In this document: positions 9,511 to 19,694 of the stretch, one piece after another | Numbering within the stretch: the stretch's first letter is position 1 | How the letters are laid out: the number at the start of each line of letters is the position of its first letter | NCBI GenBank assembly: GCA_934090685.1 | Contig: CAKOJN010000004.1 | Coordinates: forward strand, 18,243-82,242 | Source: an uncultured Bacilli bacterium | Lineage (GTDB): Bacteria; Bacillota_I; Bacilli_A; RF39; UBA660 | Reading direction: 5' to 3' | DNA length: 64,000 nucleotides | Made by a program: the position numbers and the translations under genes | The notes under the pieces: model-generated | Database searches by the model: none | What the model was told of the DNA's origin: nothing | Seen by the model: only the letters and a program-made list of their open reading frames with translations

Positions 9511-10043
9511 TAGAAGAATTAGAAAAATTAGATAAAAACTTTTCAGAAGGAACATTTCTAACAAAAGTAGATCATATATTTATCATGATATTAAATGGTA
9601 TCATGGATAATGACATGACATCAGTTAAGCATTACTTATCCAATGAAGTTTATGAAAAATTTTGTAAATTAACAGACAAATACATCAGTATGAATGCTAC
9701 AAGATTATTTGATGAAATGAATGTAAGTTCAACTAAAATAACAAATATCGATATAACTGATGAAGAAATACTTGTTCATGTAAATATAGAATCTAAATAT
9801 ATGGATTACTTAATAGATGAAAATGGTAACTTCTTAAGTGGTGTTAATGATCACAGAATAGTAACAAATCACAACATAATATTTTCAAAGAAAAGGAATG
9901 CCTTATCTCTTTCAGAAATCAGAAGGTGCCCAGGATGTGGCGCTAGTTTAGATTTAAATGATTCTGCAGTATGTAAATATTGTAATCAACCATTTGATAT
10001 GAGTGATTATGATTATATAGTAGTTAATATTGATACATTTTAA
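9507..10043 (+). CDS. Tim44-like domain protein with C-terminal zinc ribbon (no TM)
   Basis: ATGA start/stop overlap with the upstream gene; Tim44-like core; CPGCGAS...CKYC ribbon. Confidence 0.6.
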   Translation: MIEELEKLDKNFSEGTFLTKVDHIFIMILNGIMDNDMTSVKHYLSNEVYEKFCKLTDKYISMNATRLFDEMNVSSTKITNIDITDEEILVHVNIESKYMDYLIDENGNFLSGVNDHRIVTNHNIIFSKKRNALSLSEIRRCPGCGASLDLNDSAVCKYCNQPFDMSDYDYIVVNIDTF

Positions 10044-10069
10044 AAACTTCACGCAACGTGAAGTTTTTT
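10042..10069. terminator. bidirectional Rho-independent terminator
   Basis: ACTTCACG caa CGTGAAGT stem flanked by an A-run and a T-run, between convergent genes. Confidence 0.8.
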
Positions 10070-10071
10070 AT

Positions 10072-12417
10072 TTATTCCCATTTCCAATTTTTTATTTCTG
10101 GTAAATCTTCTCCATATTCACTAATATATTCTTTATGTTCAATTAATTTATTTTTACACCATTCATTTAATGCGCTTCTTTTATCTCCAAGTTGAGGTAG
10201 ATATTTTAATGCATCCATTACTAAATGGAATCTATCTAATTTGTTTTGAACTTTCATATCAAAAGTAGTTGTAATTGTACCTTCTTCAATATAACCATGA
10301 ACATGCATACTTTTATTACTTCTTTTATAAGATAATTGATGTATTAAATGTGGATAACCATGAAATGCAAATATTATTGGTTTCTTTTTAGTAAATAAAT
10401 TATCATATTCATCATCATCAAGACCATGTGGATGATTATCAGGACTAACTAATTTCATTAAATCGACAACATTAATAACTCTTATTTTTAATTTTGGAAA
10501 GTTTTCCCTTAATATTTTAACTGCCGCTAATGTCTCTATAGTAGGAGTTTCACCAGCACATGCCATTACTATATCTGGTTCTTTTCCTTCATCATTACAA
10601 GCAAATTCCAAACGACCTAAACCTTTTGTACAATGTTTAACAGCATCTTCCATATTAAACCATTGTAATCTAGGATGTTTTGATGCAACAATAACATTTA
10701 TATAATTTTTAGTTTTAATACAGTGGTCAAAACATGATATCAATGTATTAGTATCAGGTGGTAGATATATTCTAACAGTATCTGCTTTCTTAGTTACAAG
10801 ATGATTTAAGAATCCAGGATCTTGATGAGTAAAACCGTTATGATCTTGTTGCCATACATAAGATGTTAATATATAATTCAAAGATGATATTTCTTTTCTC
10901 CAAGGAAGTTCTTTAGTTACTTTTAACCATTTTGCATGTTGAGATGCCATAGAATCAATTACTCTAATGAATGCTTCATAACTATGTATGAAACCATGTC
11001 TACCTGTTAGTAAATACCCTTCAAGCATGCCTTCACATAGATGTTCTGATAACACAGAGTCTATTACTCTACCATAAGTACTCAAATATTCATCAGTATC
11101 ATATTTAATTCCATTCCATTGTCTATTAGTTGCTTCAAAAACATGATTAAGTCTATTAGATAATGCCTCATCAGGACCAAAAATTCTAAAATTCTTTTTA
11201 TTTTCATTTAATTTAATAATATCTCTAATAAAATATCCAAGTTCCATCATATCTTGAACAATAACTGAGCCAGGTTTTTTAACTTCAATTCCATATTCTT
11301 TAAAATTAGGTATTTGTAATTCTTCTAATAGTAGTCCACCATTAGTATGTGGATTCATGCCCATTCTCAATTCTTTAGGTGGAATTAATGCTTTTAATTC
11401 TTTTTTCAATTTTCCATTTTCATCAAACAACTCTTCTGGTTTATAACTTTTTAACCATGCTTCTAATATAGGTAGATTTTCCTCATGATCTTTATTTACC
11501 ACTACTGGAACTTGATGAGATCTAAAACTACCCTCTACTAATTTTTTATCAATCATTTTAGGTCCAGTCCAACCTTTTGGAGTTTTCAAGATTATCATTG
11601 GATAAGTCGCTCTTTTATTTAACCTAGTTTTGCTTTTTATTATCTTTATATCTTCAATACATCTATCTAATGTTTTTGCCATTTTTTCATGAATCTTATC
11701 AGTAGTAGATGCCTCTACTATATACGGTGTCCAACCACATCCTTCAAAATATTTTACTAATTCATCTTCTGGTATTCTTGCAAGTATAGTTGGATTAGCT
11801 ATCTTAAAACCATTTAAATGTAATATAGGTAAAACTATACCATCTGTTAAAGGATTAATGATTTTATTTAGTTGCCATGATGCCGCTAAAGGACCAGTCT
11901 CTGCTTCCCCATCTCCAACCACACAAGCAGCTATTAAATCAGGATTATCAAGTACTGCTCCAAATGCATGTGCTAAACTATACCCAAGTTCACCACCTTC
12001 ATTTATACTGCCAGGTGTTTCAGGCGCTACATGAGATGATACTCCTCCGGGAAAACTAAATTGTTTACATAGTTTTTTTAGTCCCTCGATATCCTCTGTA
12101 ATATTTGGATAAACTTCTGTATAACTACCTTCCAAATATGTATTAGCAACCATTGCCTGACCACCATGTCCAGGTCCAGATACATAAATCATATCCAATT
12201 TATATTTTTTTATAATTCTATTTAAATGAGCATAAACAAAATTCTGCCCAGGTGCTGTTCCCCAATGACCTACAACATTTGGTTTTATATGTTCTAAAGT
12301 TAATTTTTCTTTTAATAAAGGATTATCTTTTAAATAAAGTTGTGCTACTGATAAATAATCAGTTGCCCTTACAAACGCCTTAATATTTCTTAATTCTTTA
12401 TCACTTAATGTTCTCAT
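10072..12417 (-). CDS. xfp: xylulose-5-phosphate/fructose-6-phosphate phosphoketolase
   Basis: 781 aa; HWGTAPG, GPGHGG and EGGELGY signature blocks of XFP phosphoketolases; AGGAGG RBS. Confidence 0.92.
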   Translation of the reverse strand: MRTLSDKELRNIKAFVRATDYLSVAQLYLKDNPLLKEKLTLEHIKPNVVGHWGTAPGQNFVYAHLNRIIKKYKLDMIYVSGPGHGGQAMVANTYLEGSYTEVYPNITEDIEGLKKLCKQFSFPGGVSSHVAPETPGSINEGGELGYSLAHAFGAVLDNPDLIAACVVGDGEAETGPLAASWQLNKIINPLTDGIVLPILHLNGFKIANPTILARIPEDELVKYFEGCGWTPYIVEASTTDKIHEKMAKTLDRCIEDIKIIKSKTRLNKRATYPMIILKTPKGWTGPKMIDKKLVEGSFRSHQVPVVVNKDHEENLPILEAWLKSYKPEELFDENGKLKKELKALIPPKELRMGMNPHTNGGLLLEELQIPNFKEYGIEVKKPGSVIVQDMMELGYFIRDIIKLNENKKNFRIFGPDEALSNRLNHVFEATNRQWNGIKYDTDEYLSTYGRVIDSVLSEHLCEGMLEGYLLTGRHGFIHSYEAFIRVIDSMASQHAKWLKVTKELPWRKEISSLNYILTSYVWQQDHNGFTHQDPGFLNHLVTKKADTVRIYLPPDTNTLISCFDHCIKTKNYINVIVASKHPRLQWFNMEDAVKHCTKGLGRLEFACNDEGKEPDIVMACAGETPTIETLAAVKILRENFPKLKIRVINVVDLMKLVSPDNHPHGLDDDEYDNLFTKKKPIIFAFHGYPHLIHQLSYKRSNKSMHVHGYIEEGTITTTFDMKVQNKLDRFHLVMDALKYLPQLGDKRSALNEWCKNKLIEHKEYISEYGEDLPEIKNWKWE

Positions 12418-12476
12418 AAAATCCTCCTTTTTATTCTAGTTATATTTTACAATATTTTGATATAAAAAAAAAGAGT

Positions 12477-12929
12477 TTATAATACTCTTTCACATAGATC
12501 TTCATATTTACTACCATGAGGTGTAATAATGATTTGTCTAGTATTTTCATCAACCATTCTTATTTTAATATCTAATCTATTTTTAGGTAAGATATCTTCA
12601 ATTAAATCTGCCCATTCAATAATACAAACTCCCTTTTTATTAAAATACTCACTTATACCTAAATCCTGCTTGATATCACTTAGTCTATATACATCCATAT
12701 GAAATAATTTCATTTCGGCATTATCATATTCTTTAATGATATTGAATGTTGGAGATGTGATATTATCAGTAATCCCTAAGGAAGATGCAAATGCTTTAGC
12801 AAAAACAGTTTTACCGCTTCCCAAATCTCCTACTAAACATATTACCATATTAGGAAATTTTTCTGACTCTATATTTTGCGCTAATTCAATTGTTTCTTCT
12901 TCAGAATATGTTGTTATTTTATATTGCAT
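12477..12929 (-). CDS. tsaE: tRNA t6A37 biosynthesis ATPase TsaE
   Basis: GDLGSGKTVFAKAF P-loop; ~150 aa; ATG 12929 follows GGTGA. Confidence 0.85.
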   Translation of the reverse strand: MQYKITTYSEEETIELAQNIESEKFPNMVICLVGDLGSGKTVFAKAFASSLGITDNITSPTFNIIKEYDNAEMKLFHMDVYRLSDIKQDLGISEYFNKKGVCIIEWADLIEDILPKNRLDIKIRMVDENTRQIIITPHGSKYEDLCERVL

Positions 12930-13063
12930 TTTTATCACCATAACTATTGTATCATTAACATAAAAATATATACAAGTATTTTTGTATATTTTACATTTTT
13001 TTAATGAAACAGTCTATACAATAGTCAAAAATCATACATACAATAATTCAGGAGGAAATAAAT

Positions 13064-13555
13064 ATGTATTTTGATGAAAATAATAATTACTTTGACATCA
13101 TGATGGCAGAACAAGAATTTGAATTTAATAAAAATTATAATAAAAATAAAATTAATGACATTGATGTTGATGTAAATATTGATAGTATTAATTTTAATAG
13201 AGAGGATAAATTATATTCACCTTTAGAAGGTTTCAATAAAGGAAATATGTTTAGAAATTTATACTCAAAATATAAGAATCATGTATATAAATTAAAAGTT
13301 AGCAGTAAAAGAGATGAATTATTATATCAAATTCAAATGTATATGTTCGCAATGAAAGATATAAACTTATATTTAGATTTACACCCAGATGATAGTGTGA
13401 TGCTTAAAAAATACTACGACTATAGAAATAAATATAATGAGTTAAAAAAGAAATATGAAAATGAATACAGTCCATTATGTATAAACAATGTTATGAATAG
13501 TAGTAAATGGACTTGGATCGATAACCCATGGCCATGGGATAAAGGAGGAAATTAA
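13064..13555 (+). CDS. cotJB: spore coat protein CotJB with a CotJA-like N-terminal extension
   Basis: C-terminal half (LLYQIQMYMFAMKDINLYLDLHPDD...YNELKKKYENEYSPL) is CotJB-like. The N-terminal LYSPLEGFNKGNMFRNLYSKY resembles the CotJA core motif. AGGAGG RBS. Confidence 0.75.
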   Translation: MYFDENNNYFDIMMAEQEFEFNKNYNKNKINDIDVDVNIDSINFNREDKLYSPLEGFNKGNMFRNLYSKYKNHVYKLKVSSKRDELLYQIQMYMFAMKDINLYLDLHPDDSVMLKKYYDYRNKYNELKKKYENEYSPLCINNVMNSSKWTWIDNPWPWDKGGN

Positions 13556-13557
13556 TT

Positions 13558-14118
13558 ATGTTTAAATATGAAAAAACATTAGAATATCCAGTTAATGTAA
13601 AGAAAAAAGATTTAAGAATGGCCAAATTACTAGTAGATCAATTAGGTGGTCCTGCTGGTGAACTAGGCGCATGTTTAAGATACTTACTTCAAAGATTCAC
13701 TATGCCAGATGATAAAGGGAAGGCATTATTATCAGATATAGGTTGTGAAGAAATCGGTCATTGTGAAATGATATGTACAATGATAAATCAATTAATAAAA
13801 GATGCGAGTATTAGTGAACTTAAAAATGCTGGTCTTGATACCTGGTACACACAACATAATAAAGGAGTATATCCAAGTGATTCGAATGGAATTCCTTTTA
13901 CTGCAGCATACATTGCTTCATCAGGTAATCCAATCGTAGATTTGCAAGAAGATTTAGCTGCTGAAGAAAAAGCAAGAGCGGCATATGAAAATTTAATGGA
14001 TTTAACAACAGATGAAAGTATTTTGGGACCACTTAGTTTTTTAAGACAACGAGAAGTAGTACATTATGCTAGATTTGAAGAACTTCTTAATTATTACAAA
14101 AGAAAAGGATACAAATAA
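13558..14118 (+). CDS. cotJC: spore coat protein CotJC (manganese catalase family)
   Basis: GGPAGELGACLRYLLQRF and EEIGHCEM are the di-metal ferritin-like motifs of CotJC. It sits 2 nt after cotJB. Confidence 0.9.
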   Translation: MFKYEKTLEYPVNVKKKDLRMAKLLVDQLGGPAGELGACLRYLLQRFTMPDDKGKALLSDIGCEEIGHCEMICTMINQLIKDASISELKNAGLDTWYTQHNKGVYPSDSNGIPFTAAYIASSGNPIVDLQEDLAAEEKARAAYENLMDLTTDESILGPLSFLRQREVVHYARFEELLNYYKRKGYK

Positions 14119-14129
14119 TATCCCTTTTT

Positions 14130-14843
14130 TTATATTCTAATATCTTTTATTTTAAACAACTTATTTCCTATTAAATAATAAACAATTAAATAAAATGTAT
14201 CAATAATAATACCGGTTTTAATATTTAAATTACATCCCAAATCTTGATTTATTTTGTAAATAACATCTTTATCATTAAATAAATTAAACTCTAGATATGG
14301 TAAAATTGTATATTTAATAAAATTCAAACCATATCCAAGTAATATTTGTGAAATTAGAAAGGAGAAAATCAAAGTAAACATATTTATTCCAACTACAAGA
14401 GAAGTATTTTTGAAAAGTGTAGATAATAATATAATATACATACCAATAGTTAATAAAGGAAAACAATATAATATAAAATCAAATATATATTCAGTATCTA
14501 TTTTTTTTATAAAAATTAAATTTATTATAATTATATAAATCATAAGTAGAAACATATATAAATAAATTGCTAATATTTTTGATAAATATATCTTACTTCT
14601 CTTTATCGGTTTTGTTAGATAATATCTTAAATTGCCATTTGTATATTCCAAAGAAATAATCCCACTAAATAAAACACAAGCACTTACTCCTATAAAAGGT
14701 ATTAATTCAAATGAATTATTTAAAGCATCAATTCTATTATTAAATTTATATATAAAACAAATTATTATTAAGAATATGCCAAACATAATAAGTATCTTAT
14801 ATTTTCCAATTTTGATATATTCATTTTTAATCAGTCTAATCAT
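14130..14843 (-). CDS. ABC-2 type transporter permease
   Basis: 6-TM profile; overlaps the upstream ATPase gene by 8 nt. Confidence 0.7.
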   Translation of the reverse strand: MIRLIKNEYIKIGKYKILIMFGIFLIIICFIYKFNNRIDALNNSFELIPFIGVSACVLFSGIISLEYTNGNLRYYLTKPIKRSKIYLSKILAIYLYMFLLMIYIIIINLIFIKKIDTEYIFDFILYCFPLLTIGMYIILLSTLFKNTSLVVGINMFTLIFSFLISQILLGYGLNFIKYTILPYLEFNLFNDKDVIYKINQDLGCNLNIKTGIIIDTFYLIVYYLIGNKLFKIKDIRI

Positions 14844-15708
14844 TACTCACCATTTCAAAAAAATCTTTTCTTAATGAATTTGAATTTTCACATATTCTAT
14901 AAACTTTAATATTATTAAGTATAAGTTCTTTTGTTAGCATACTAATTGTTTCATCAGTTTCATACACTTCCAAATTATCATTAATACAATAATTATTTAA
15001 CAATATTTTTGCTTTTGTAAAATCATTTACTTCAAACAAAACATTCTTTTTATTTGTTGACTTTTCAATAGTTTTAATAGATACAATCTTACCTTCGTTT
15101 ATAAATATTATCTTATCGCATAATCTTTCTATTTCATTTAGCATATGTGAGGATATCAAAATGGTAGTATTTTTCATGTTTTTTAGTAAATCCATTATTT
15201 TATTAACGCCTACCGGGTCTAATCCATTTGTTGGTTCATCAAGAATTAATATTTTAGGTTTATTTATTAAAGATGCTGCGATGCCTAATCGCTCTTTCAT
15301 TCCTAAAGAGTAAGTCTTAAATTTTTTTCCAAGATGCTTTTCCATCTCAACAATTCTAACTATTTCTTTAATTCTATTTTCATCTATACCTTTAAACATA
15401 GACTTAAATAACTCTAAATTATCTTTGCCAGATAAATTTTTGTATAAGTCAGGACTTTCAATCAATGTGCCAACCAAAGACATCGCTTTTTCGAAATTTT
15501 TTTTTAAATCAATTCCAAAATATTCAATCAAACCATCATTAAATGGATACAAACCACTCATTATCTTAAGTAGTGTACTTTTACCTGCTCCGTTTGGTCC
15601 TACTAATCCTACAATTTCACCTTCGTAGATATCAAAATTAATATTATCTAATATTTTCCTATCATTTATCGACTTATTAATGTTTCTTACTTTTATTGCT
15701 TTTTGCAT
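14836..15708 (-). CDS. ABC transporter ATP-binding protein
   Basis: Walker A GPNGAGKST, degenerate signature YSLGMKERL, Walker B ILILDEP, H-loop SSHML. Confidence 0.9.
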   Translation of the reverse strand: MQKAIKVRNINKSINDRKILDNINFDIYEGEIVGLVGPNGAGKSTLLKIMSGLYPFNDGLIEYFGIDLKKNFEKAMSLVGTLIESPDLYKNLSGKDNLELFKSMFKGIDENRIKEIVRIVEMEKHLGKKFKTYSLGMKERLGIAASLINKPKILILDEPTNGLDPVGVNKIMDLLKNMKNTTILISSHMLNEIERLCDKIIFINEGKIVSIKTIEKSTNKKNVLFEVNDFTKAKILLNNYCINDNLEVYETDETISMLTKELILNNIKVYRICENSNSLRKDFFEMVSND

Positions 15709-15880
15709 ACTTTTCTCCTTTCATTGATGAAAGTATATACTTTATAATTTCAATATGCAAATCGATATAAATCTATTTTTAAAATTTATTAAAAACAAAA
15801 AAAGAAAATAACCTTATCTAAAAAATTATTTTCAGTTAAATATTTAAATTAAAATTTATATATAAACTTTTTTTATTTTT

Positions 15881-16843
15881 TTACATATCATTTAAATCTA
15901 CATTTTCTTCTAATATTATATCTTTGAATATTTCTTTAAATCTTGCTATTTCTTTAACCTTAGCATCTTCATATACTGCCTTAGTTCTACATATTGCCTT
16001 ATAAAAATGTTTTAACTTAACTTCTTTACTATTTTCATATAATGCCATTGAAAATGCACTCATTACAATAGTTAAAGCAACATCTGGATATCTATTTCCA
16101 ATTTCATAAATTCTTTTATATTCATCAGTTAACTCTACTATAAATCTAAAAATCTTTTCTTTAATGAAATCAGTATAATTTAATTTAACACCAGTTCTTT
16201 TTTCATACTTTGGATAAGTACCCAATAATATTTGAACACATTGATCCTCAGTTGGTTCTAAAACATCTACTTTTAAAAATCTTCTCAAAAAAGCTCTATC
16301 TCTTAATATATATGCTTCATATTCCTCATCAGTAGTCGCACCAATCATTTTAATGACACCACGATCCAAACCTGGTTTTAGCATATTAGCAAAATCTATA
16401 CTCATATTCGCGGTGTTTCTATTAACTAAAAGATGAACTTCATCTATAAATAATATTATATTTTTTTTAGTCTTTAATTCATCAACAAGTAGTTGTAATC
16501 TATTTTCATTTTGTCCATCACTTTTTACTTCCCCAAGTAAGCTAGATATATTAACTTTTATTAATTCATATGGTTTTAAAGCATCTGGAATATTTCCTGT
16601 TTTCATCCTATAACCTATTCCTTCTACTATCGCAGTTTTACCTATACCTGCTTTACCAACTAAAAGAGCACTTTTTTCTGGAGTAAGTAAAATCATTATA
16701 GTTTGTTCTATTTCACTTTCTCTTCCAATTGCTGGATTAGTTATATATTCTTTCTTACTTAAATTTTCTCCATAAGTATCTAAAATGCTTACTTTTTTAT
16801 TTGAATTTAACTCATCATTATTACTTATTTCAATTATTTCCAT
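15881..16843 (-). CDS. single-module AAA+ ATPase resembling the Clp/Hsp100 D1 domain
   Basis: [25 protein letters not shown] and ILFIDEVH match the ClpA/B/C D1 Walker A and B context. No N-domain or D2 is present. ATG 16843 follows AGGTGA. Confidence 0.7.
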   Translation of the reverse strand: MEIIEISNNDELNSNKKVSILDTYGENLSKKEYITNPAIGRESEIEQTIMILLTPEKSALLVGKAGIGKTAIVEGIGYRMKTGNIPDALKPYELIKVNISSLLGEVKSDGQNENRLQLLVDELKTKKNIILFIDEVHLLVNRNTANMSIDFANMLKPGLDRGVIKMIGATTDEEYEAYILRDRAFLRRFLKVDVLEPTEDQCVQILLGTYPKYEKRTGVKLNYTDFIKEKIFRFIVELTDEYKRIYEIGNRYPDVALTIVMSAFSMALYENSKEVKLKHFYKAICRTKAVYEDAKVKEIARFKEIFKDIILEENVDLNDM

Positions 16844-16902
16844 AATATCACCTATTTTCACTATAATTTTATCAATTTTTATACTAAAAGTCTATATTTT
16901 TA

Positions 16903-16931
16903 TTGACAAATGTAACTTGCAAGGTTATAAT
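16903..16931 (+). promoter_or_regulatory. consensus sigma-A promoter of tRNA-Asn
   Basis: TTGACA (16903-16908), 17-nt spacer, TATAAT (16926-16931). Confidence 0.75.
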
Positions 16932-16944
16932 TATTTATGCAAGT

Positions 16945-17020
16945 GCCTGATTAGCTCAGTCGGTAGAGCGCACGGCTGTTAACCGTTAGGTCGTAGGTTC
17001 GAGTCCTACATCAGGCGCCA
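16945..17020 (+). tRNA. tRNA-Asn (anticodon GUU), CCA encoded
   Basis: Acceptor GCCTGAT/ATCAGGC, D-arm GCTCAGTCGGTAGAGC, anticodon loop CTGTTAA, T-arm GTAGGTTCGAGTCCTAC. Confidence 0.88.
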
Positions 17021-17030
17021 GTTTAAAAAA

Positions 17031-17057
17031 TAACTCAAGTTTCCTTGAGTTTTTTTA
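17031..17057. terminator. bidirectional terminator shared by tRNA-Asn and feoB
   Basis: ACTCAAG tttc CTTGAGT stem, A-run upstream and T-run downstream; overlaps the feoB stop codon. Confidence 0.8.
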
Positions 17058-19028
17058 TATAAATATATTTAGAATTAGAAGAAACATTATTCCGGTTAAC
17101 AGCGGTATCATAAATGAATATATCATCCATTTAAATCCTACTTCACTTTTGATTGTTGATAAAGTAGTGGCACATGGAAAATGCATTATTGAAAATAATA
17201 TCGTACTCATCGCAGTTACTATGGTCCAATTATTATCTATTAAAATATTTTTTATTGTAAAATAATTACTTATTAATGAAACAGATGATTCATTTACATA
17301 TCCCATAATCATAAGTGGCATAACTATTTCATTAGCGGGAATACCAAGTATAAATGATGTTAATATAGTCCCATCTAATCCCAATAATTTTGCAAAAGGA
17401 TTTAGAAACGTTGAAATATAAACTAATAATGAAATATTATTAATATTTATTTTAGTAAGTATATATATAATTAATCCAGCAGGTAATGATATTAAAACTG
17501 CTTTTTTTAATATACTTAATGACTTATAAACAAAACTTGTTTTAATTATTTTAGATAATTTTACTTTTTTATAATCAGGTAATTCTAATACAAAAAATCC
17601 TGGATAACCTTTTAATATAGTTTTTGATAAAACAAATGATGTTAATAATGATATAGAAATAGCAAATAAGACAAATAGGGTTAAATAAAGTGCGACTAAT
17701 ATCTTATTATTACTTGTAACAAAAAACATACTTATTATCGCTATTATCATTGGGAATCTACCATTACATGGTATAAATGAATTTGTTAGAATAGCAAGCA
17801 ATTTATCACGTTTACTATCAATTATTCTACTTCCGACTATCGCGCATGCATTACATCCAAATCCAGAACATATTGTTAATGATTGCTTCCCATGACAATT
17901 TGCTTTAGAACAAACCTTATCTAGATTAAATGCTATTCTAGGTAATATACCGCTCTCTTCTGCATAAGTAAATAGAAAGAAAAATATAACTAGTGGTGGA
18001 AACATAACTGATACTATAAATGATACTACTCTAAATACTCCAAATATCAAAGGTTCATATATAATTTTAGGTATACATAGAATATTAGATAATTTAAACA
18101 ATACATTTTCAAAATAAATAAATAATTTGCTTAGAAGTTCACTAGGATAATTTGCTAAAACAATAGTTATTAAAAATATAGCAAAAATCATTACTAGCAT
18201 TAATGGAATAGTATATATTTTATTAGAAAAAATTTTATCTAGTTTTGACATAGTCTTTTCATTATTCTTAATTTGTACAAGACTACAAATATTTTTACTT
18301 CTATCATTAATGCTTACAGCAATTGAATCAGCAATTTCTTCACTATTTATAGACATAATATATTTTTTAATATCATCATTTAATATAGTATCATTATTTA
18401 ATTTTTCAATAGTTTCAATAAAATCAATATCTTTTTCCAATATCTTAACTGCAACAAATCTATTTTTATATGGTTCTTCTACATGGTCAATTATAAATGA
18501 AATGTGTTTTTCAATAGTGTCATTGTAATTAAATTTATATCTAAAAACTGAATGTTTTTCTAATGAATTAAATAGCTCTTTTATACCATCTTTTTCTCTA
18601 GCAGAACATTGTACTATTTCTATTCCAAGTATTTCTTTTAAGTATTCAATATCTATTTCAATTTGTTTATTATTTAACTCATCAACCATATTTAAACAAA
18701 GAATAATATTTTTATTTATTTCTGATATTTGTAATAGCAAATTTAAATTTTTTTCTAAATTACAAGCATCACAAACATAAATAATTTTTTCATAACAAGT
18801 AAAATAAAGAGTATTTCTTGTTATAATTTCTTCATCACTAAGACTAGATAAAGAATAAATACCAGGTAAATCAATTAATTTATATTTAGTATTTTTTATT
18901 TGCTTACTAGTGACCTCAACGGTTTTACCAGTCCAGTTACCAGTATGTTCATGAGATTTAGTTAATATATTATAAATTGAAGATTTACCAACATTTGGAT
19001 TTCCACATAATAAAATATCGTTATTCAT
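17055..19028 (-). CDS. feoB: ferrous iron transporter FeoB
   Basis: N-terminal G domain GNPNVGKSS followed by a polytopic gate domain; overlaps feoA by 8 nt. Confidence 0.92.
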   Translation of the reverse strand: MNNDILLCGNPNVGKSSIYNILTKSHEHTGNWTGKTVEVTSKQIKNTKYKLIDLPGIYSLSSLSDEEIITRNTLYFTCYEKIIYVCDACNLEKNLNLLLQISEINKNIILCLNMVDELNNKQIEIDIEYLKEILGIEIVQCSAREKDGIKELFNSLEKHSVFRYKFNYNDTIEKHISFIIDHVEEPYKNRFVAVKILEKDIDFIETIEKLNNDTILNDDIKKYIMSINSEEIADSIAVSINDRSKNICSLVQIKNNEKTMSKLDKIFSNKIYTIPLMLVMIFAIFLITIVLANYPSELLSKLFIYFENVLFKLSNILCIPKIIYEPLIFGVFRVVSFIVSVMFPPLVIFFFLFTYAEESGILPRIAFNLDKVCSKANCHGKQSLTICSGFGCNACAIVGSRIIDSKRDKLLAILTNSFIPCNGRFPMIIAIISMFFVTSNNKILVALYLTLFVLFAISISLLTSFVLSKTILKGYPGFFVLELPDYKKVKLSKIIKTSFVYKSLSILKKAVLISLPAGLIIYILTKININNISLLVYISTFLNPFAKLLGLDGTILTSFILGIPANEIVMPLMIMGYVNESSVSLISNYFTIKNILIDNNWTIVTAMSTILFSIMHFPCATTLSTIKSEVGFKWMIYSFMIPLLTGIMFLLILNIFI

Positions 19029-19245
19029 TATCCACCTCTATTTTATACGCATCTTCTTTTCTCAATGCAATAAAAGTGTCTTTTATTTTATAACATGATG
19101 GATTTTTAAACACAGAATCATACATTTTCTCTATAACTTGGCCTGGTATAAAACCAAGATCATATAGTCTTCTCTTTTTAATACCATGAAAATCTATATT
19201 TTTAAGTATAAACTTTTTATTAACATCAATTTCACTTAATTTCAT
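19021..19245 (-). CDS. feoA: ferrous iron transport protein FeoA
   Basis: 74-aa SH3-like protein (RLYDLGFIPGQVI) directly upstream of feoB. Confidence 0.85.
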   Translation of the reverse strand: MKLSEIDVNKKFILKNIDFHGIKKRRLYDLGFIPGQVIEKMYDSVFKNPSCYKIKDTFIALRKEDAYKIEVDNE

Positions 19246-19313
19246 GCTAGTTCACCTACCTATGATAATATATGTATTCTTTCTTTTTTTGATATTAAAA
19301 CATATTATTAAGT

Positions 19314-19694
19314 ATGAAAGAAAGTTTCCATGACATTTTCAATACAAACCCAAGATATTCAACAACTGTTGGATTTATTTTAGGTTTACTTCTAGTAGAT
19401 AATTTAACCGCTCCTGAACAGAATACATTAGGAAACTGGATCATTTTAATTGGACAAACTATTTTAACAAATGCCGCTTCTCAAAATATAATTGAATCTA
19501 GAATCGGAGGCACTATTATCAATATAAATTCAAAGGAAGCAAAATGTATTTATAATCCACCAGTGTATAATATTGAAAAAATTCGTAAAATAATAAAAGA
19601 ATTATATTCAGATAGTGAAGGCGATGTGGAGGTTTTGAAAAAAAGCATTGATAATTTACAAAAAGAAATAAATAAATTAAAAAAGAGTAATTAA
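19314..19694 (+). CDS. hypothetical protein
   Basis: 126-aa ORF with a hydrophobic segment and a C-terminal coiled-coil-like tail; no clear RBS. Confidence 0.35.
   Translation: MKESFHDIFNTNPRYSTTVGFILGLLLVDNLTAPEQNTLGNWIILIGQTILTNAASQNIIESRIGGTIININSKEAKCIYNPPVYNIEKIRKIIKELYSDSEGDVEVLKKSIDNLQKEINKLKKSN

Noticed and set aside
16785-16982. 65-aa ORF spanning the tRNA-Asn promoter and gene.
   Set aside because: It overlaps a well-formed tRNA and its consensus promoter, and has no RBS.
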